Below, one piece after another: positions 53,056 through 62,916 of a DNA stretch of 64,000 nucleotides. The DNA is from an uncultured Bacteroidales bacterium. Lineage in GTDB: Bacteria > Bacteroidota > Bacteroidia > Bacteroidales > JAFGXI01. The notes beneath the pieces are model-generated. The model was not told where the DNA came from and did not search any database. It saw nothing but the letters and a program-made list of their open reading frames with translations. Position numbers and translations under genes: made by a program. Position 1 is the first letter of the stretch; the number at the start of each line of letters is the position of its first letter. Location of the stretch: the NCBI GenBank assembly GCA_947311115.1, contig CAMZKE010000078.1, positions 33,892 to 97,891 of the forward strand, in the 5' to 3' direction.

Positions 53056-54338
53056 AAAAAGTAATTATTGCAGTAGCTATTTTAGCTTTACCATTTGTGG
53101 TTAAATCACAAGAAAAAGAAAAACCTAAATTTGGAATAAAATTTAGTGGTTTTATTCGTAACGATGTAATTTATAATTCACGGCAGGTTCTTGCTGCACG
53201 TGGCGAGAACGATTTTGTGTTAGTTCCTGACCAAATTATTCTTGATGAAGATGGTAATGATATTAATGCAGTACCAAACTTTAATATTATTAGTTTTACA
53301 ACAAGAGTACGTGCTAAAATTACCGGACCTAACGCGTTTGGTGCTAAAACTTCGGGTTTAATTGAAGGCGATTTTTTAGGTGCAACAGGAGTATCTAAAT
53401 TTAATTTAAGATTAAGGCACGCAATTGTAAAATTAGATTGGGAAAAATCTCATTTAATGATGGGACAGTATTGGCACCCAATGTTTGTAACCGATTGTTA
53501 TCCTAAAACACTATCGTTTGGTGCAGGTATTACTTTTAATCCTTTTGCAAGGAATCCACAGATACGCTATACTTATAATTTTACTGATAAGTTTACTGTT
53601 TCGGCAGCAGTATTATCGCAGGGTATGTACCGAAGTAAAGGCGACCATTATTCACAGCAAAACTCAGGAATACCTGAAAGTAATATTCATATACAATACA
53701 AGTCAGATTTATTAACCGTTGGTGCACAATTCGATTATCAAGTATTAAAACCAAGATTAGTAACCGATTCAAACTATACTACAAATACAACAGTTTCGAG
53801 TATGAGTTATTTGGCTTACGCAAAACTTAGCTTAAAACCAATAACTATTAAATTGTATGGTATTTACGGACAAAGTAACGATAATATGGTTATGATGGGT
53901 GGTTACGCAATAAAAGACAGAGAATATACACCAGCAGAAGTTAGTAAAAATATTGTTGAATATATACCATACAACACACTTTCTACTTGGTTAGATTTTG
54001 AAACAACAGGTAAAAAAGTGCAATTTGGTTTGTTTTTAGGATATTCAAAAAATATGGGAGCTGCTGACTCTGTGTTAACATCGTCTTATACAGGGCGTTG
54101 GGGTAATGTAAATACATTAATGCGAGTTGCTCCAAGAGTAATTGTAACATCAAATAAGTTTAAAGTAGGTTTTGAGGTAGAGTATTCTACAGCTGACTAC
54201 GCAGAGCAAAAACTTGATGCAAACGGAATAGCTGTTGCAGGTTCTGATATTGGAGGTATTGATAAATTTGGTAATGTAACAAATTTTAATACTGCTAATA
54301 ATATTAAGTTTTTACTTTCGGTAGCTTATATATTCTGA
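53052..54338 (+). CDS. Outer-membrane beta-barrel porin-like protein
   Basis: A signal peptide (AILALPFVVKSQ) is followed by alternating beta-strand-like composition and a C-terminal aromatic residue (...LLSVAYIF). The start ATG overlaps the sensor stop (ATGA). Confidence 0.55.
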   Translation: MKKVIIAVAILALPFVVKSQEKEKPKFGIKFSGFIRNDVIYNSRQVLAARGENDFVLVPDQIILDEDGNDINAVPNFNIISFTTRVRAKITGPNAFGAKTSGLIEGDFLGATGVSKFNLRLRHAIVKLDWEKSHLMMGQYWHPMFVTDCYPKTLSFGAGITFNPFARNPQIRYTYNFTDKFTVSAAVLSQGMYRSKGDHYSQQNSGIPESNIHIQYKSDLLTVGAQFDYQVLKPRLVTDSNYTTNTTVSSMSYLAYAKLSLKPITIKLYGIYGQSNDNMVMMGGYAIKDREYTPAEVSKNIVEYIPYNTLSTWLDFETTGKKVQFGLFLGYSKNMGAADSVLTSSYTGRWGNVNTLMRVAPRVIVTSNKFKVGFEVEYSTADYAEQKLDANGIAVAGSDIGGIDKFGNVTNFNTANNIKFLLSVAYIF

Positions 54339-54433
54339 TTTTTAATATAATAGCCACTCGTTGCCAAAATAGGATTTAATAAATTGTTTATTAAATCCTA
54401 TTTTTTTTACATAATAGGCAACTAAAGTTTGAT

Positions 54434-54441
54434 TAACTTTG
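54434..54441 (+). promoter_or_regulatory. Candidate -7 promoter motif (TAACTTTG)
   Basis: Matches TAnnTTTG, 35 nt upstream of ATG 54476. Confidence 0.35.
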
Positions 54442-54475
54442 TCTGAAAAACAAATAAACCGTTAAATTAAATAAA

Positions 54476-56065
54476 ATGACAAAGCAAATTTTTCTTATAG
54501 TGTTAGTTACACTATCGTTCTTTTTTGGAACAAACAATGCAGATGCACAAACAAATTTACCTCCTGAAATTTGTGGCAGATATGCTGAATTAAATTATTC
54601 AGGAACAATACCAACAGGATATACCGGTTATTGGATTGACTCCACAAATACAGTAGTAAATTGGTGGCAAGTTGTTAACCAAACACAAGGTAATGGACCT
54701 AACACAACTGCTGAAGTTGGAAACTATGGACAAAATGCTTTTGCATTTGTAACAACCAATGGTACTGAGCATGATACAACAGCTTGGGTTACTACTGTTT
54801 TTATGCAAAAACCAACAGTTGACGCATGTCCAAGTTGTTACAGATTAGAAAACGTAACACTTGATAATGTTAACGGTGGCTATACTGTTGAAATTGGAAG
54901 CGTACGTACTGATACAATATGTTTATACGATAATAGTTCCTTTTATACATTAAATCCGGCATTTAATATTGGTCAGCCAAAATGGTCAAAAAGTTTAAAC
55001 GGAATTGATTTTGCAAATGGCGTTCCTCCTGTTTATAATGAAACACAAGAAGCATACGATTCTGTGTATGTTAATATTTATAATTCTGATGAAGCTAATG
55101 CTGTCGGCGATTATTATATGTTAGTTTTTAAATCAGAAAATGGAGCCGGTTGTGCCGATTCTGACACATTACTTGTTTCGTTTGTAAAACAACCAAGTGC
55201 TACAATTGAATTTAGACAACCATATTGCCACGGTCAAGATGGACTTGTGTGGACTGCTATTGATTATGAAGCAAACCCAACAAGTTTTAATTGGGATTTC
55301 GGAAATAATGCAATTATAGATTCTACATATATTGATGTTACAACTCCTGATAGTGTATATTCAGTGTCTTGGGGAAATAATAATGATTGTGATAATCTTA
55401 TTCATCAAATTAGATTAACAGCAAGTAACGATTGGGGTTGTGTGTCATCATTAAATTCGGTATATGTTGAAGAACCCGGATTACCTAATCCTACATTTAA
55501 TAGTGTCCAACCCGATTGTGGAGTTGCTAATGGTATAATTAGAATCTCGCATGATAGTTTAATTGTTTGTGAAGACACAATAAATTATGCTTATTTACAT
55601 GAGTGGATTAATTCAACAATATCCGGTTATGATTATCAAGTTGATTATGGGAATAATACAATAATTGATTCATTAATTAATGTTTCGTCACAAGATACAA
55701 GTTGGTTAGAGTTTACATATACTTCTTTTATAACAAGCGACACATCTTGGGTTGGACCACAATTTCAGTGTAAAGATACAATACAAATAATTTTAGATGA
55801 TTGTACATTTATTTTTAACTATAATAATAATGAGGCAAACATTAATGTATATCCAAATCCAACAATTGAAAGTATTACAATTGAAGTAAATAATTATCAG
55901 CTTATTAAAAATAAAGAAATTATTACTATTACCAATTTAACAGGTAAAGTTGTTAAATCAAGTATTTTAGAGTCAAGTAATTTCACACTAAATGTTTCAG
56001 AATTAATAACAGGTATATACATATTAAAAATAGGAAATACAGTAAGTAAATTTGTGAAAGAATGA
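54476..56065 (+). CDS. Secreted Cys-rich protein with a T9SS type A C-terminal sorting domain
   Basis: A signal peptide is present. The C-terminal roughly 85 aa (INVYPNPTIESITIEVN...ITNLTGKVVKSS...ITGIYILKIGNTVSKFVKE) match the Por secretion tail pattern. Confidence 0.8.
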   Translation: MTKQIFLIVLVTLSFFFGTNNADAQTNLPPEICGRYAELNYSGTIPTGYTGYWIDSTNTVVNWWQVVNQTQGNGPNTTAEVGNYGQNAFAFVTTNGTEHDTTAWVTTVFMQKPTVDACPSCYRLENVTLDNVNGGYTVEIGSVRTDTICLYDNSSFYTLNPAFNIGQPKWSKSLNGIDFANGVPPVYNETQEAYDSVYVNIYNSDEANAVGDYYMLVFKSENGAGCADSDTLLVSFVKQPSATIEFRQPYCHGQDGLVWTAIDYEANPTSFNWDFGNNAIIDSTYIDVTTPDSVYSVSWGNNNDCDNLIHQIRLTASNDWGCVSSLNSVYVEEPGLPNPTFNSVQPDCGVANGIIRISHDSLIVCEDTINYAYLHEWINSTISGYDYQVDYGNNTIIDSLINVSSQDTSWLEFTYTSFITSDTSWVGPQFQCKDTIQIILDDCTFIFNYNNNEANINVYPNPTIESITIEVNNYQLIKNKEIITITNLTGKVVKSSILESSNFTLNVSELITGIYILKIGNTVSKFVKE

Positions 56066-56096
56066 ATTATATTCTTTTAGAGAAAATATTGAAAGT

Positions 56097-56125
56097 CTTA
56101 CCATAATTATGGTAGGGCTTTTTTT
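56097..56125 (+). terminator. Rho-independent terminator between convergent genes
   Basis: The palindrome CTTACCATAATTATGGTAGG is followed by GCTTTTTTT. Confidence 0.65.
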
Positions 56126-56140
56126 ATGTTTCGATAATAT

Positions 56141-57169
56141 TTATTCGCAAAACAAAACTAACTTTTTAGCTGTTTCTTTTGGGTTATCTTCAGTTAAATT
56201 AAGCTCAGAAACTGTTTTAAGTTCACGTTTAAGTAAACCGTGATTATAAGCTTTGTCATAATAGGTTAAGCTTAGGTTGACAGCATAAGTCATATCGCCA
56301 TTTTGTACCGATTCTATTGCAAGTTTAGTTTCGTTTGGTCCTAGTCGTTTTTTTATACGATTTAGATGATAAATTAATACCTCTTTGTCAGCATAAGTAT
56401 AATCTTTAACCAAACGCTTTATACGAACTTCTTTTGGAACATTAATTTTAATAACAGGAGCTTGTCGCATCTGCAAGAATATCTCGTCAGGAATATGATT
56501 TAAACCAATAGCTTTACTTTCGTCTTCAATCCAAATACGCTTATGTAAATTTAATTTTGACCAAGCTTTGTATAAGTTGTTTTCAAATTGTTCGGTACTA
56601 TGTTGTTTCTTTTCGCCAATAGCACCAAAAGCAGAGCCTTTATGATGTGCAATTCCTTCTAAATCTATAATTTGTTCGCCAAGTTTTTTGAGTTCCTTTA
56701 AAATATCGGTTTTACCACTACCGGTAGAGCCACTTAAAATGGTAATATTAGCTTGCTTTGCAAGTTCATTTTTAATGAATTGTCGGTAAGCTTTATACCC
56801 ACCTTCAAGAATTTCTACATTTAAACCTGCTGTTTTGAAAAGCCACGCCATACTACCACTACGCATTCCTCCACGCCAACAATGAATAAGTATTTTGTTG
56901 TTTTTTGCTATTTTTTTAGCTTTTACAACAAACTTAGCCATTTTAGGACCAACAATATCTAAACCTGCAAGAATAGCTTTGTCTTTGTTTTGTTTTTTAT
57001 AAATTGTACCAACTTTGGCACGTTCGTCATTATCGAAAAGTGGTAAATTAATAGCTCCGGGAATATGAGCTTGAGCAAACTCACCCGGCGACCTAACATC
57101 AATAATAGGTATATCAATCCCTTTTTCAAGAAATATTTTTGGTTCTATACTTGGGATTTCTATTTTCAT
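56141..57169 (-). CDS. mnmH: tRNA 2-selenouridine synthase
   Basis: The rhodanese domain reads IIDVRSPGEFAQAHIPGAINLPL...HCWRGGMRS (active-site Cys). A P-loop follows (SGSTGSGKT). The length is 342 aa, typical of MnmH/SelU. Confidence 0.85.
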   Translation of the reverse strand: MKIEIPSIEPKIFLEKGIDIPIIDVRSPGEFAQAHIPGAINLPLFDNDERAKVGTIYKKQNKDKAILAGLDIVGPKMAKFVVKAKKIAKNNKILIHCWRGGMRSGSMAWLFKTAGLNVEILEGGYKAYRQFIKNELAKQANITILSGSTGSGKTDILKELKKLGEQIIDLEGIAHHKGSAFGAIGEKKQHSTEQFENNLYKAWSKLNLHKRIWIEDESKAIGLNHIPDEIFLQMRQAPVIKINVPKEVRIKRLVKDYTYADKEVLIYHLNRIKKRLGPNETKLAIESVQNGDMTYAVNLSLTYYDKAYNHGLLKRELKTVSELNLTEDNPKETAKKLVLFCE

Positions 57170-57210
57170 TTAATTATATTTATTTATTAATCATAGGTCT
57201 CAATTTTCCC

Positions 57211-57252
57211 GTCTAACCTCTGACTTCTGACCTCTGACCTCAGACATCTCAC
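57211..57252. repeat. Heptanucleotide tandem array (6 units, consensus NTCTGAC)
   Basis: The units are GTCTAAC CTCTGAC TTCTGAC CTCTGAC CTCAGAC ATCTCAC. The array lies between the metG stop and the mnmH start. Confidence 0.85.
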
Positions 57253-57272
57253 GAATAACATCTCCAATCTCC

Positions 57273-59315
57273 CTACTTAATCTCGCCTCCATTAATTATT
57301 GTTTTTTCAGGACTCATAAATGCAAGCGAACCATCAGCATTTTCTGCCATCAGTATCATTCCTTGCGACTCAACACCTTTAAGTTTACGAGGTTCTAAGT
57401 TTACTAAGATACTTACTTGTTTACCAATAATATCCTCTGGTTTGTAATATTCTGCAATACCCGAGACAACTGTACGAACATCTATTCCTGTATCAACAGT
57501 GATTTTTAATAGCTTTTTAGTTTTTGCAAGTTTTTCTGCTTCGGTAATTGTACCAACTCTAATATCAAGTTTTGTAAAATCGTCGAAAACTATATTCTCT
57601 TTTTGAGGTTTAGCAACAGCTTGCTCAATTTCGTTAGCTTTTTTTGTTTCAAGTAATTTATTTACTTGTGCTTCAACTTCAATATCCTCAATTTTAGAGA
57701 ATAGGAGAGTAGGTTTGTTAATTAAATGACCTTGCTTTAATAAATTACACTCACCAATTATACTCCAGTCGGTTTCTGAAATATTGAGCATGTCACGTAT
57801 TTTTTTGGCTGTAAAAGGTAAAAATGGTTCAAAAACTTGCGATAACGAAGCTGATAACTGTAAAGTCATATACATAATATTTTTAACTCTTTCAGGATTT
57901 GTTTTTATCTGCTTCCAAGGTTCACTATCAGCAAGATATTTATTCCCCAAACGAGCAATATTCATTGCATTTTTTAAAGCTTCTCTAAAATGATATGTTT
58001 CAATATTTTTATCTATAGTTTCTTTAAGTTCGCTTACTTGTTCTTTTAACTCTCTGTCTGCAGCTCTAAATTCTTGAGGCTCTGGTTCCGGTACTTCGCC
58101 AGCATAATATTTATTTGTTAATACAACAACTCTATTAATAAAGTTACCTAGAATTGCCACAAGTTCGTTGTTATTTCGGTCTTGAAAATCTTTCCAAGTA
58201 AAATCGTTATCCTTTGTTTCCGGTGCGTTTGCAGTTAAAGTATATCGTAAAACATCTTGCTTGTTAGGGAAATCTTTTAAATATTCGTGTAGCCAAACTG
58301 CCCAATTTCTTGATGTTGAAATTTTATCGCCTTCAAGGTTAAGAAACTCGTTAGCAGGTACATTATCAGGTAAAATATAGCTTCCTTCTGCTTTAAGCAT
58401 GCTTGGAAAAACTATACAGTGAAAAACAATATTATCTTTTCCAATAAAATGAATGAGTTTTGTGTCTTCGTCTTTCCAATATTTTTCCCAATCAGGAGTT
58501 AGGTCTTTTGTTGCCGAAATATAGCCTATAGGAGCATCGAACCAAACGTAAAGTACTTTTCCTTCGGCACCTTTAACAGGAACAGGTACACCCCAATCTA
58601 AATCACGACTTACAGCACGAGGCTGTAAACCCATATCAAACCACGATTTGCATTGTCCGTAAACATTTGGTTTCCATTCTTTATGTTCTTCTAAAATCCA
58701 TTTTTCTAAAAATGGCTGATATTTGTCTAATGGTAAAAACCAGTGTTTTGTTTCTTTAAGTGTTGGTGCATTGCCGGTTATAGCTGATTTTGGATTAATT
58801 AAATCGGTAGCGTTTAATGATGTTCCGCAAGCTTCGCATTGGTCGCCATAAGCTTTTTCGTTTCCGCAATGTGGGCAAGTACCTGTAATGTATCGGTCTG
58901 CTAAATATTGATTAGCTTCTTTATCGTAAAGTTGATTAGAGGTTTTTTCAATAAACTCGCCTTTTTCGTAAAGATTTGTAAAAAACTCTGACGATGTTTT
59001 TGCGTGAGTTTTAGAACTTGTTCGTGAATAAATATCGAAAGAAATTCCAAATTCTTTAAACGAATCTTTTATTATTTTGTTGTATCTATCAACAATATCT
59101 TTCGGTGTAACACCCTCTTTTTGAGCTTTTAGCGTTATTGGGACTCCGTGTTCGTCTGAACCACATACGTAAATAACATCTTTTTTTTGTAAACGTAAGT
59201 ATCTAACATAAATATCAGCAGGAATGTAAACTCCGGCTAAATGTCCAATATGTACTGGTCCGTTGGCATAAGGTAATGCAGCTGTAACGGTATATCTTTT
59301 AAATTCTTTTGACAT
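57273..59315 (-). CDS. metG: Methionine--tRNA ligase with a C-terminal tRNA-binding (Trbp111/EMAP-like) domain
   Basis: The motifs are [14 protein letters not shown] (HIGH), zinc knuckles CPHCG...CEACG, KISTSR (KMSKS-like), and a C-terminal DIRVGTI...VVSGI...[12 protein letters not shown]. Confidence 0.95.
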   Translation of the reverse strand: MSKEFKRYTVTAALPYANGPVHIGHLAGVYIPADIYVRYLRLQKKDVIYVCGSDEHGVPITLKAQKEGVTPKDIVDRYNKIIKDSFKEFGISFDIYSRTSSKTHAKTSSEFFTNLYEKGEFIEKTSNQLYDKEANQYLADRYITGTCPHCGNEKAYGDQCEACGTSLNATDLINPKSAITGNAPTLKETKHWFLPLDKYQPFLEKWILEEHKEWKPNVYGQCKSWFDMGLQPRAVSRDLDWGVPVPVKGAEGKVLYVWFDAPIGYISATKDLTPDWEKYWKDEDTKLIHFIGKDNIVFHCIVFPSMLKAEGSYILPDNVPANEFLNLEGDKISTSRNWAVWLHEYLKDFPNKQDVLRYTLTANAPETKDNDFTWKDFQDRNNNELVAILGNFINRVVVLTNKYYAGEVPEPEPQEFRAADRELKEQVSELKETIDKNIETYHFREALKNAMNIARLGNKYLADSEPWKQIKTNPERVKNIMYMTLQLSASLSQVFEPFLPFTAKKIRDMLNISETDWSIIGECNLLKQGHLINKPTLLFSKIEDIEVEAQVNKLLETKKANEIEQAVAKPQKENIVFDDFTKLDIRVGTITEAEKLAKTKKLLKITVDTGIDVRTVVSGIAEYYKPEDIIGKQVSILVNLEPRKLKGVESQGMILMAENADGSLAFMSPEKTIINGGEIK

Positions 59316-59331
59316 CTGTTTTGTTTTTTTG

Positions 59332-59339
59332 CAAAATTA
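59332..59339 (-). promoter_or_regulatory. Candidate -7 promoter motif (TAATTTTG) for metG
   Basis: The minus strand matches TAnnTTTG, 16 nt upstream of the metG ATG. Confidence 0.4.
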
Positions 59340-59352
59340 GTGTTTTTATCAT

Positions 59353-59382
59353 AAAAAAACGCAGACTTTCAAAAATCTGCGT
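59353..59382 (-). terminator. Rho-independent terminator after the serpin gene
   Basis: The minus strand reads ACGCAGA TTTTTGAAAG TCTGCGT followed by TTTTTTT. Confidence 0.7.
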
Positions 59383-59404
59383 TATATAATTAAAATAATT
59401 ATTT

Positions 59405-60535
59405 CTATAAATTAGGATTTACAATATTTCCGATAAATAATATCGAGTTTGTTTCGGTATCTTTAATTATAACAATAAAAGGACGGTTAACTTTAAATTC
59501 TTTTATTGGATGCGGTGCAACACTTGTTGTACGCATTAATACCGCTGTTACAGCAGCTGCTTCTGTTCCTTTTTCGTTTACGCCAATATATGTTTTGTGT
59601 ATTACATTCGATATAAATAGCTTTTGCTTACTTATTCCGCTATAATCTGCCGTTGGTGTAAATGCCTCTTTCATTCCCAATTCTGATAGTGCATCTTTTA
59701 ATTTAAACGATGATTCAAACTCAAATTTTGGCATATAGAACTTAATTTTTTCTTTTTTTAAGCCGTTTAATACGTCGGTGTAATTATTTATATTAAAGTT
59801 ACTTATATTTGTTTTAGGCATAATAACAATCATTGATAATTTATCGCCTTTATATGGTAACTCGATAGCTTGTAAGCCTTTATTTTCAAAATATTTATAC
59901 TTTTCTTTATGATACATCATGTTTACTGTAACAACTTTGTTTTCTACAGTAGTAAATTTATCTTTTTTTGTTGATTTTGTAATAAATGGATATTTCCATT
60001 CTGCATTAAAATAAACCGCATTTGTTAATATCAATTTAGAGCTTGCTACATCGTTATCATCAACAATATTTTTAATTTTATTATTAGTATTATCGCTTGC
60101 CCATTTGTTTATTTTCTTAGCATTTGTTTTTGGATAAACAGCTGATTCAAAATATTTTTTATTTCTTCTTTTAAAGAAATACTTTAACTTTAAATTTTTA
60201 TCAATCCAAAGTGCATTTGCAATATCTAAAGTTAAGTTTGAGTCGTTATAAGTTTTCATTGTTTTGTTTAATAACTTAAAACTTTTGGCTGTATTTTTAT
60301 TAAAATACATTGTTTTTTCCATTACAGTTTTTGTGTTGTTTTTTGCACCCAAGTATGTCATAGCAAGTGCCGAACTTATACTATAAGGCGATATAAATAC
60401 ATTTTCGCTTGTAGATATTAATGTTTTTCTAATATCGAATGCAAATTTATTATTGTTATTTGCTTGTTCGTTGTTTTGAGCAAGTAATGCTGTTGCCATA
60501 AAACTTAGTACTAATGTATATATAAGTGTTTTCAT
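59405..60535 (-). CDS. Serpin-family protease inhibitor
   Basis: The signal peptide MKTLIYTLVLSFMATALLAQ begins at ATG 60535. Serpin motifs include FAFDIRK, NVFISPYSISSALAMTYLGAKNNT, NAVYFNAEW, a hinge/RCL region (GTEAAAVTAVLM) and FKVNRPF. Confidence 0.85.
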   Translation of the reverse strand: MKTLIYTLVLSFMATALLAQNNEQANNNNKFAFDIRKTLISTSENVFISPYSISSALAMTYLGAKNNTKTVMEKTMYFNKNTAKSFKLLNKTMKTYNDSNLTLDIANALWIDKNLKLKYFFKRRNKKYFESAVYPKTNAKKINKWASDNTNNKIKNIVDDNDVASSKLILTNAVYFNAEWKYPFITKSTKKDKFTTVENKVVTVNMMYHKEKYKYFENKGLQAIELPYKGDKLSMIVIMPKTNISNFNINNYTDVLNGLKKEKIKFYMPKFEFESSFKLKDALSELGMKEAFTPTADYSGISKQKLFISNVIHKTYIGVNEKGTEAAAVTAVLMRTTSVAPHPIKEFKVNRPFIVIIKDTETNSILFIGNIVNPNL

Positions 60536-60577
60536 TAAATTATTTTTTTGTAAAGATATTCTATTTAGTAATACAAA

Positions 60578-60610
60578 AAAAGCTTGCAAATTAATTATTT
60601 ACAAGCTTTT
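60578..60610 (-). terminator. Hairpin plus T-run after the lipoprotein gene
   Basis: The minus strand reads AAAAGCTTG (15-nt loop) CAAGCTTTT followed by T residues. It lies inside the ORF-track N-terminal extension of the serpin ORF, which argues for the internal serpin start. Confidence 0.5.
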
Positions 60611-60627
60611 TATATTAAAAAAAATTA

Positions 60628-61419
60628 TTACTGAAGGTAATTTATTTCATTATTGTTTTTTTCTTTATCAAGTTTTACTTCAACAAAAACATCACCTTTA
60701 TTTTTTGCATAATAGCGATAAAAATATGTAGTGTCAATTTGAGGTCCATTTCCTGAAATATCAGGACTAATAGTCATTTTACTTATTGATTGTACATATT
60801 GTTTTATACAAGTCTCGGTACCAGTTGGTGTTTTAACTTTCTCTTGAGAAATATTTTTGTAAGATGTTTCTAAGTCTAATGTTAATGTAATTTCCATTTG
60901 AAATCCACTTAAATTTACCATTGTAGAACCGCTTCCTGTACTAGTATCGTGCAAGGTGTCTCCAACAGCTAGAGGAAACTCTAACATTGTTAAATTATCT
61001 GTATTAATAATGTTAATTTCGGTTGTATCATTCATATCTACTGACATTCCTAAAATTTCTACTTTATCAGATGCTTTATTCATATATAACCTGTTATTTC
61101 CTGCATCTAATACTAAATTAGCATTATTAAACAATGAACCCGAAGTGTAATCTGATGGGCTTCTAAAACGAGTAGTATCGTTATAATCGCTAACTAACAT
61201 ACTTAAATCAACAATACCATTTTTTACTTCTAACGAAAGTGTATCTACATTAGATGAGTCTATTTTATGGTAATAAGTATCATCTACACCACCTAAATCA
61301 CTTGATGTTATAGTGATAGTTGAACTTCCTGATGAAGGTGTTGAATTTTCTTCATCATCTTTTTTACAAGATGCAAAAACAACAGCGAAAATAATTGTAA
61401 ATAGAGCTATTTTTTTCAT
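60628..61419 (-). CDS. Hypothetical lipoprotein
   Basis: The lipobox is VVFASCKKDDE. The mature protein is Ser/Thr/Asp-rich, and I recognise no family. Confidence 0.55.
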   Translation of the reverse strand: MKKIALFTIIFAVVFASCKKDDEENSTPSSGSSTITITSSDLGGVDDTYYHKIDSSNVDTLSLEVKNGIVDLSMLVSDYNDTTRFRSPSDYTSGSLFNNANLVLDAGNNRLYMNKASDKVEILGMSVDMNDTTEINIINTDNLTMLEFPLAVGDTLHDTSTGSGSTMVNLSGFQMEITLTLDLETSYKNISQEKVKTPTGTETCIKQYVQSISKMTISPDISGNGPQIDTTYFYRYYAKNKGDVFVEVKLDKEKNNNEINYLQ

Positions 61420-61504
61420 TATATTTAGTTTTAAATTTCAATAAAAGTACATAAATTTTATAATTAATCAATAAAATTTTATATTTACACCCAAAATATT
61501 GAAA

Positions 61505-62569
61505 ATGAAAAACCTATTAATCACATTATTACTTATTAGTTTTGGTTATGTTTTTTCTGCAAAAACAGACACAACAACAATAATATTTTTGCATCCAACG
61601 GTAAAAAACATTAAAACTTTTGTGTTTTTAAAAGATAACAATTTCATTAATATTGAAAAAGTTAAATATATAGGTGTTTATTACAATAAAGAGGAATACG
61701 ACTATCAGAAAAGTATCGATTTTTTAAAAGACACAACAATAAATTATATTTCGTTATACAGAGTAACCGGTGATATTGAACAAAAAGACATATATAAAAA
61801 TAATAATTTAACAAATATTTTTGATAGTTTATTTACAATAAGTAATGGTATTGTTTTTATGGGTGGCGATGATATTCCACCTGCGGTTTACGAAAGTAAA
61901 ATGAATTTATTAACTGAAGTTGATGACCCGTATCGTCATTTTTTTGAAATAAGTTTTATGTATCACTTAATAGGTAATAATGATATTACTTTTAACCCAT
62001 TACTTGATAAAAATAATAATTATGTAGTATGGGCAATTTGCCTTGGTATGCAAACAATGAATGTTGCAATGGATGGCGATTTGTATCAAGATATTCCGTC
62101 GGAAATATATGGATTTAAGCATGTTGAAGATGTTGTGGCAAAACCACAATTAATGCACAAAAATTATTTTAGCAATTTAATGTATAACGATTCGCTTTTA
62201 GGTGCAACAATGCACGAAATAAAAGCAACAAAACATAGTAATAAAATTTTTGGACTGTTAAATTCAAACAAAACGCCTTATGTTTTAAGTTGGCATCATC
62301 AGGCAATAAAAACACTTGGCGATAATTTAGATGTTATTTTTACATCAATAGATGGGAGAGTGGCTGAAGGAATTGCACATAACGATTACCCCAATGTATA
62401 TGGTTTTCAGTTTCATCCCGAATATACAAAACTTTATAAAGGCGATATATTAATTAAGGAGTATCCTAACTCTAAAGCCATAAGTTTGAAATCAATTTTA
62501 GTTGAACGAAATAGCTTGCAGTTTCATAAAGACTTATGGCAGTTTTTTTCAAATCTATTTACAAAATAA
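61505..62569 (+). CDS. Class I glutamine amidotransferase-like, peptidase C26 / gamma-glutamyl-GABA hydrolase family protein (secreted)
   Basis: A signal peptide is present. The catalytic triad context is WAICLGMQTMN (Cys), SWHHQAI and FQFHPE (His/Glu). Confidence 0.7.
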   Translation: MKNLLITLLLISFGYVFSAKTDTTTIIFLHPTVKNIKTFVFLKDNNFINIEKVKYIGVYYNKEEYDYQKSIDFLKDTTINYISLYRVTGDIEQKDIYKNNNLTNIFDSLFTISNGIVFMGGDDIPPAVYESKMNLLTEVDDPYRHFFEISFMYHLIGNNDITFNPLLDKNNNYVVWAICLGMQTMNVAMDGDLYQDIPSEIYGFKHVEDVVAKPQLMHKNYFSNLMYNDSLLGATMHEIKATKHSNKIFGLLNSNKTPYVLSWHHQAIKTLGDNLDVIFTSIDGRVAEGIAHNDYPNVYGFQFHPEYTKLYKGDILIKEYPNSKAISLKSILVERNSLQFHKDLWQFFSNLFTK

Positions 62570-62621
62570 AACTTGTTAATAAAAAAACAATTAAAAAATT
62601 ATTAAATTAAAAATAAAGCTT

Positions 62622-62629
62622 TAGATTTG
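62622..62629 (+). promoter_or_regulatory. Candidate -7 promoter motif (TAGATTTG) driving the cobalamin riboswitch
   Basis: Matches TAnnTTTG and ends 4 nt before the riboswitch P1 stem. Confidence 0.45.
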
Positions 62630-62632
62630 TAT

Positions 62633-62796
62633 TGATTTTTGGTTAAGGGAATACTGTTAAAATCAGTAGCTGTCCCCGCAGCCGTAATCTCGACTCTGCT
62701 TGCAGAGTAGTATGTTTTTATTCTACACCACTGGTTGTTGTATAACCGGGAAGGTAATTAAAAATCGAGAGAGCCGGAAGACCTGCCAGTAAATCA
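62633..62796 (+). promoter_or_regulatory. Cobalamin (B12) riboswitch
   Basis: The conserved core elements are GGTTAAGGGAATACTGTTAAAATCAGTAGCTGTCCCCGCAGCCGTAA, CCACTGG, CCGGGAAGG and GAGCCGGAAGACCTGCCAG (B12 box). The P1 stem pairs TGATTT with AAATCA. Confidence 0.9.
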
Positions 62797-62916
62797 CAAT
62801 TTTTCGTAGCTTTCGGGTGAAAAGGCTTAGAGGATATACTTTATTTATTCTCCATTCTTTATTCCGATTAGTGAACGAGTATTTAATATTATTTGTTTAA
62901 CTAATTTTTTATTAAA

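Noticed and set aside
53518-53715. A 65-aa + strand ORF inside the porin gene in another frame
   Set aside because: It lies fully within the longer porin-like ORF, and its translation is low-complexity (LLLILLQ...) with no signals.
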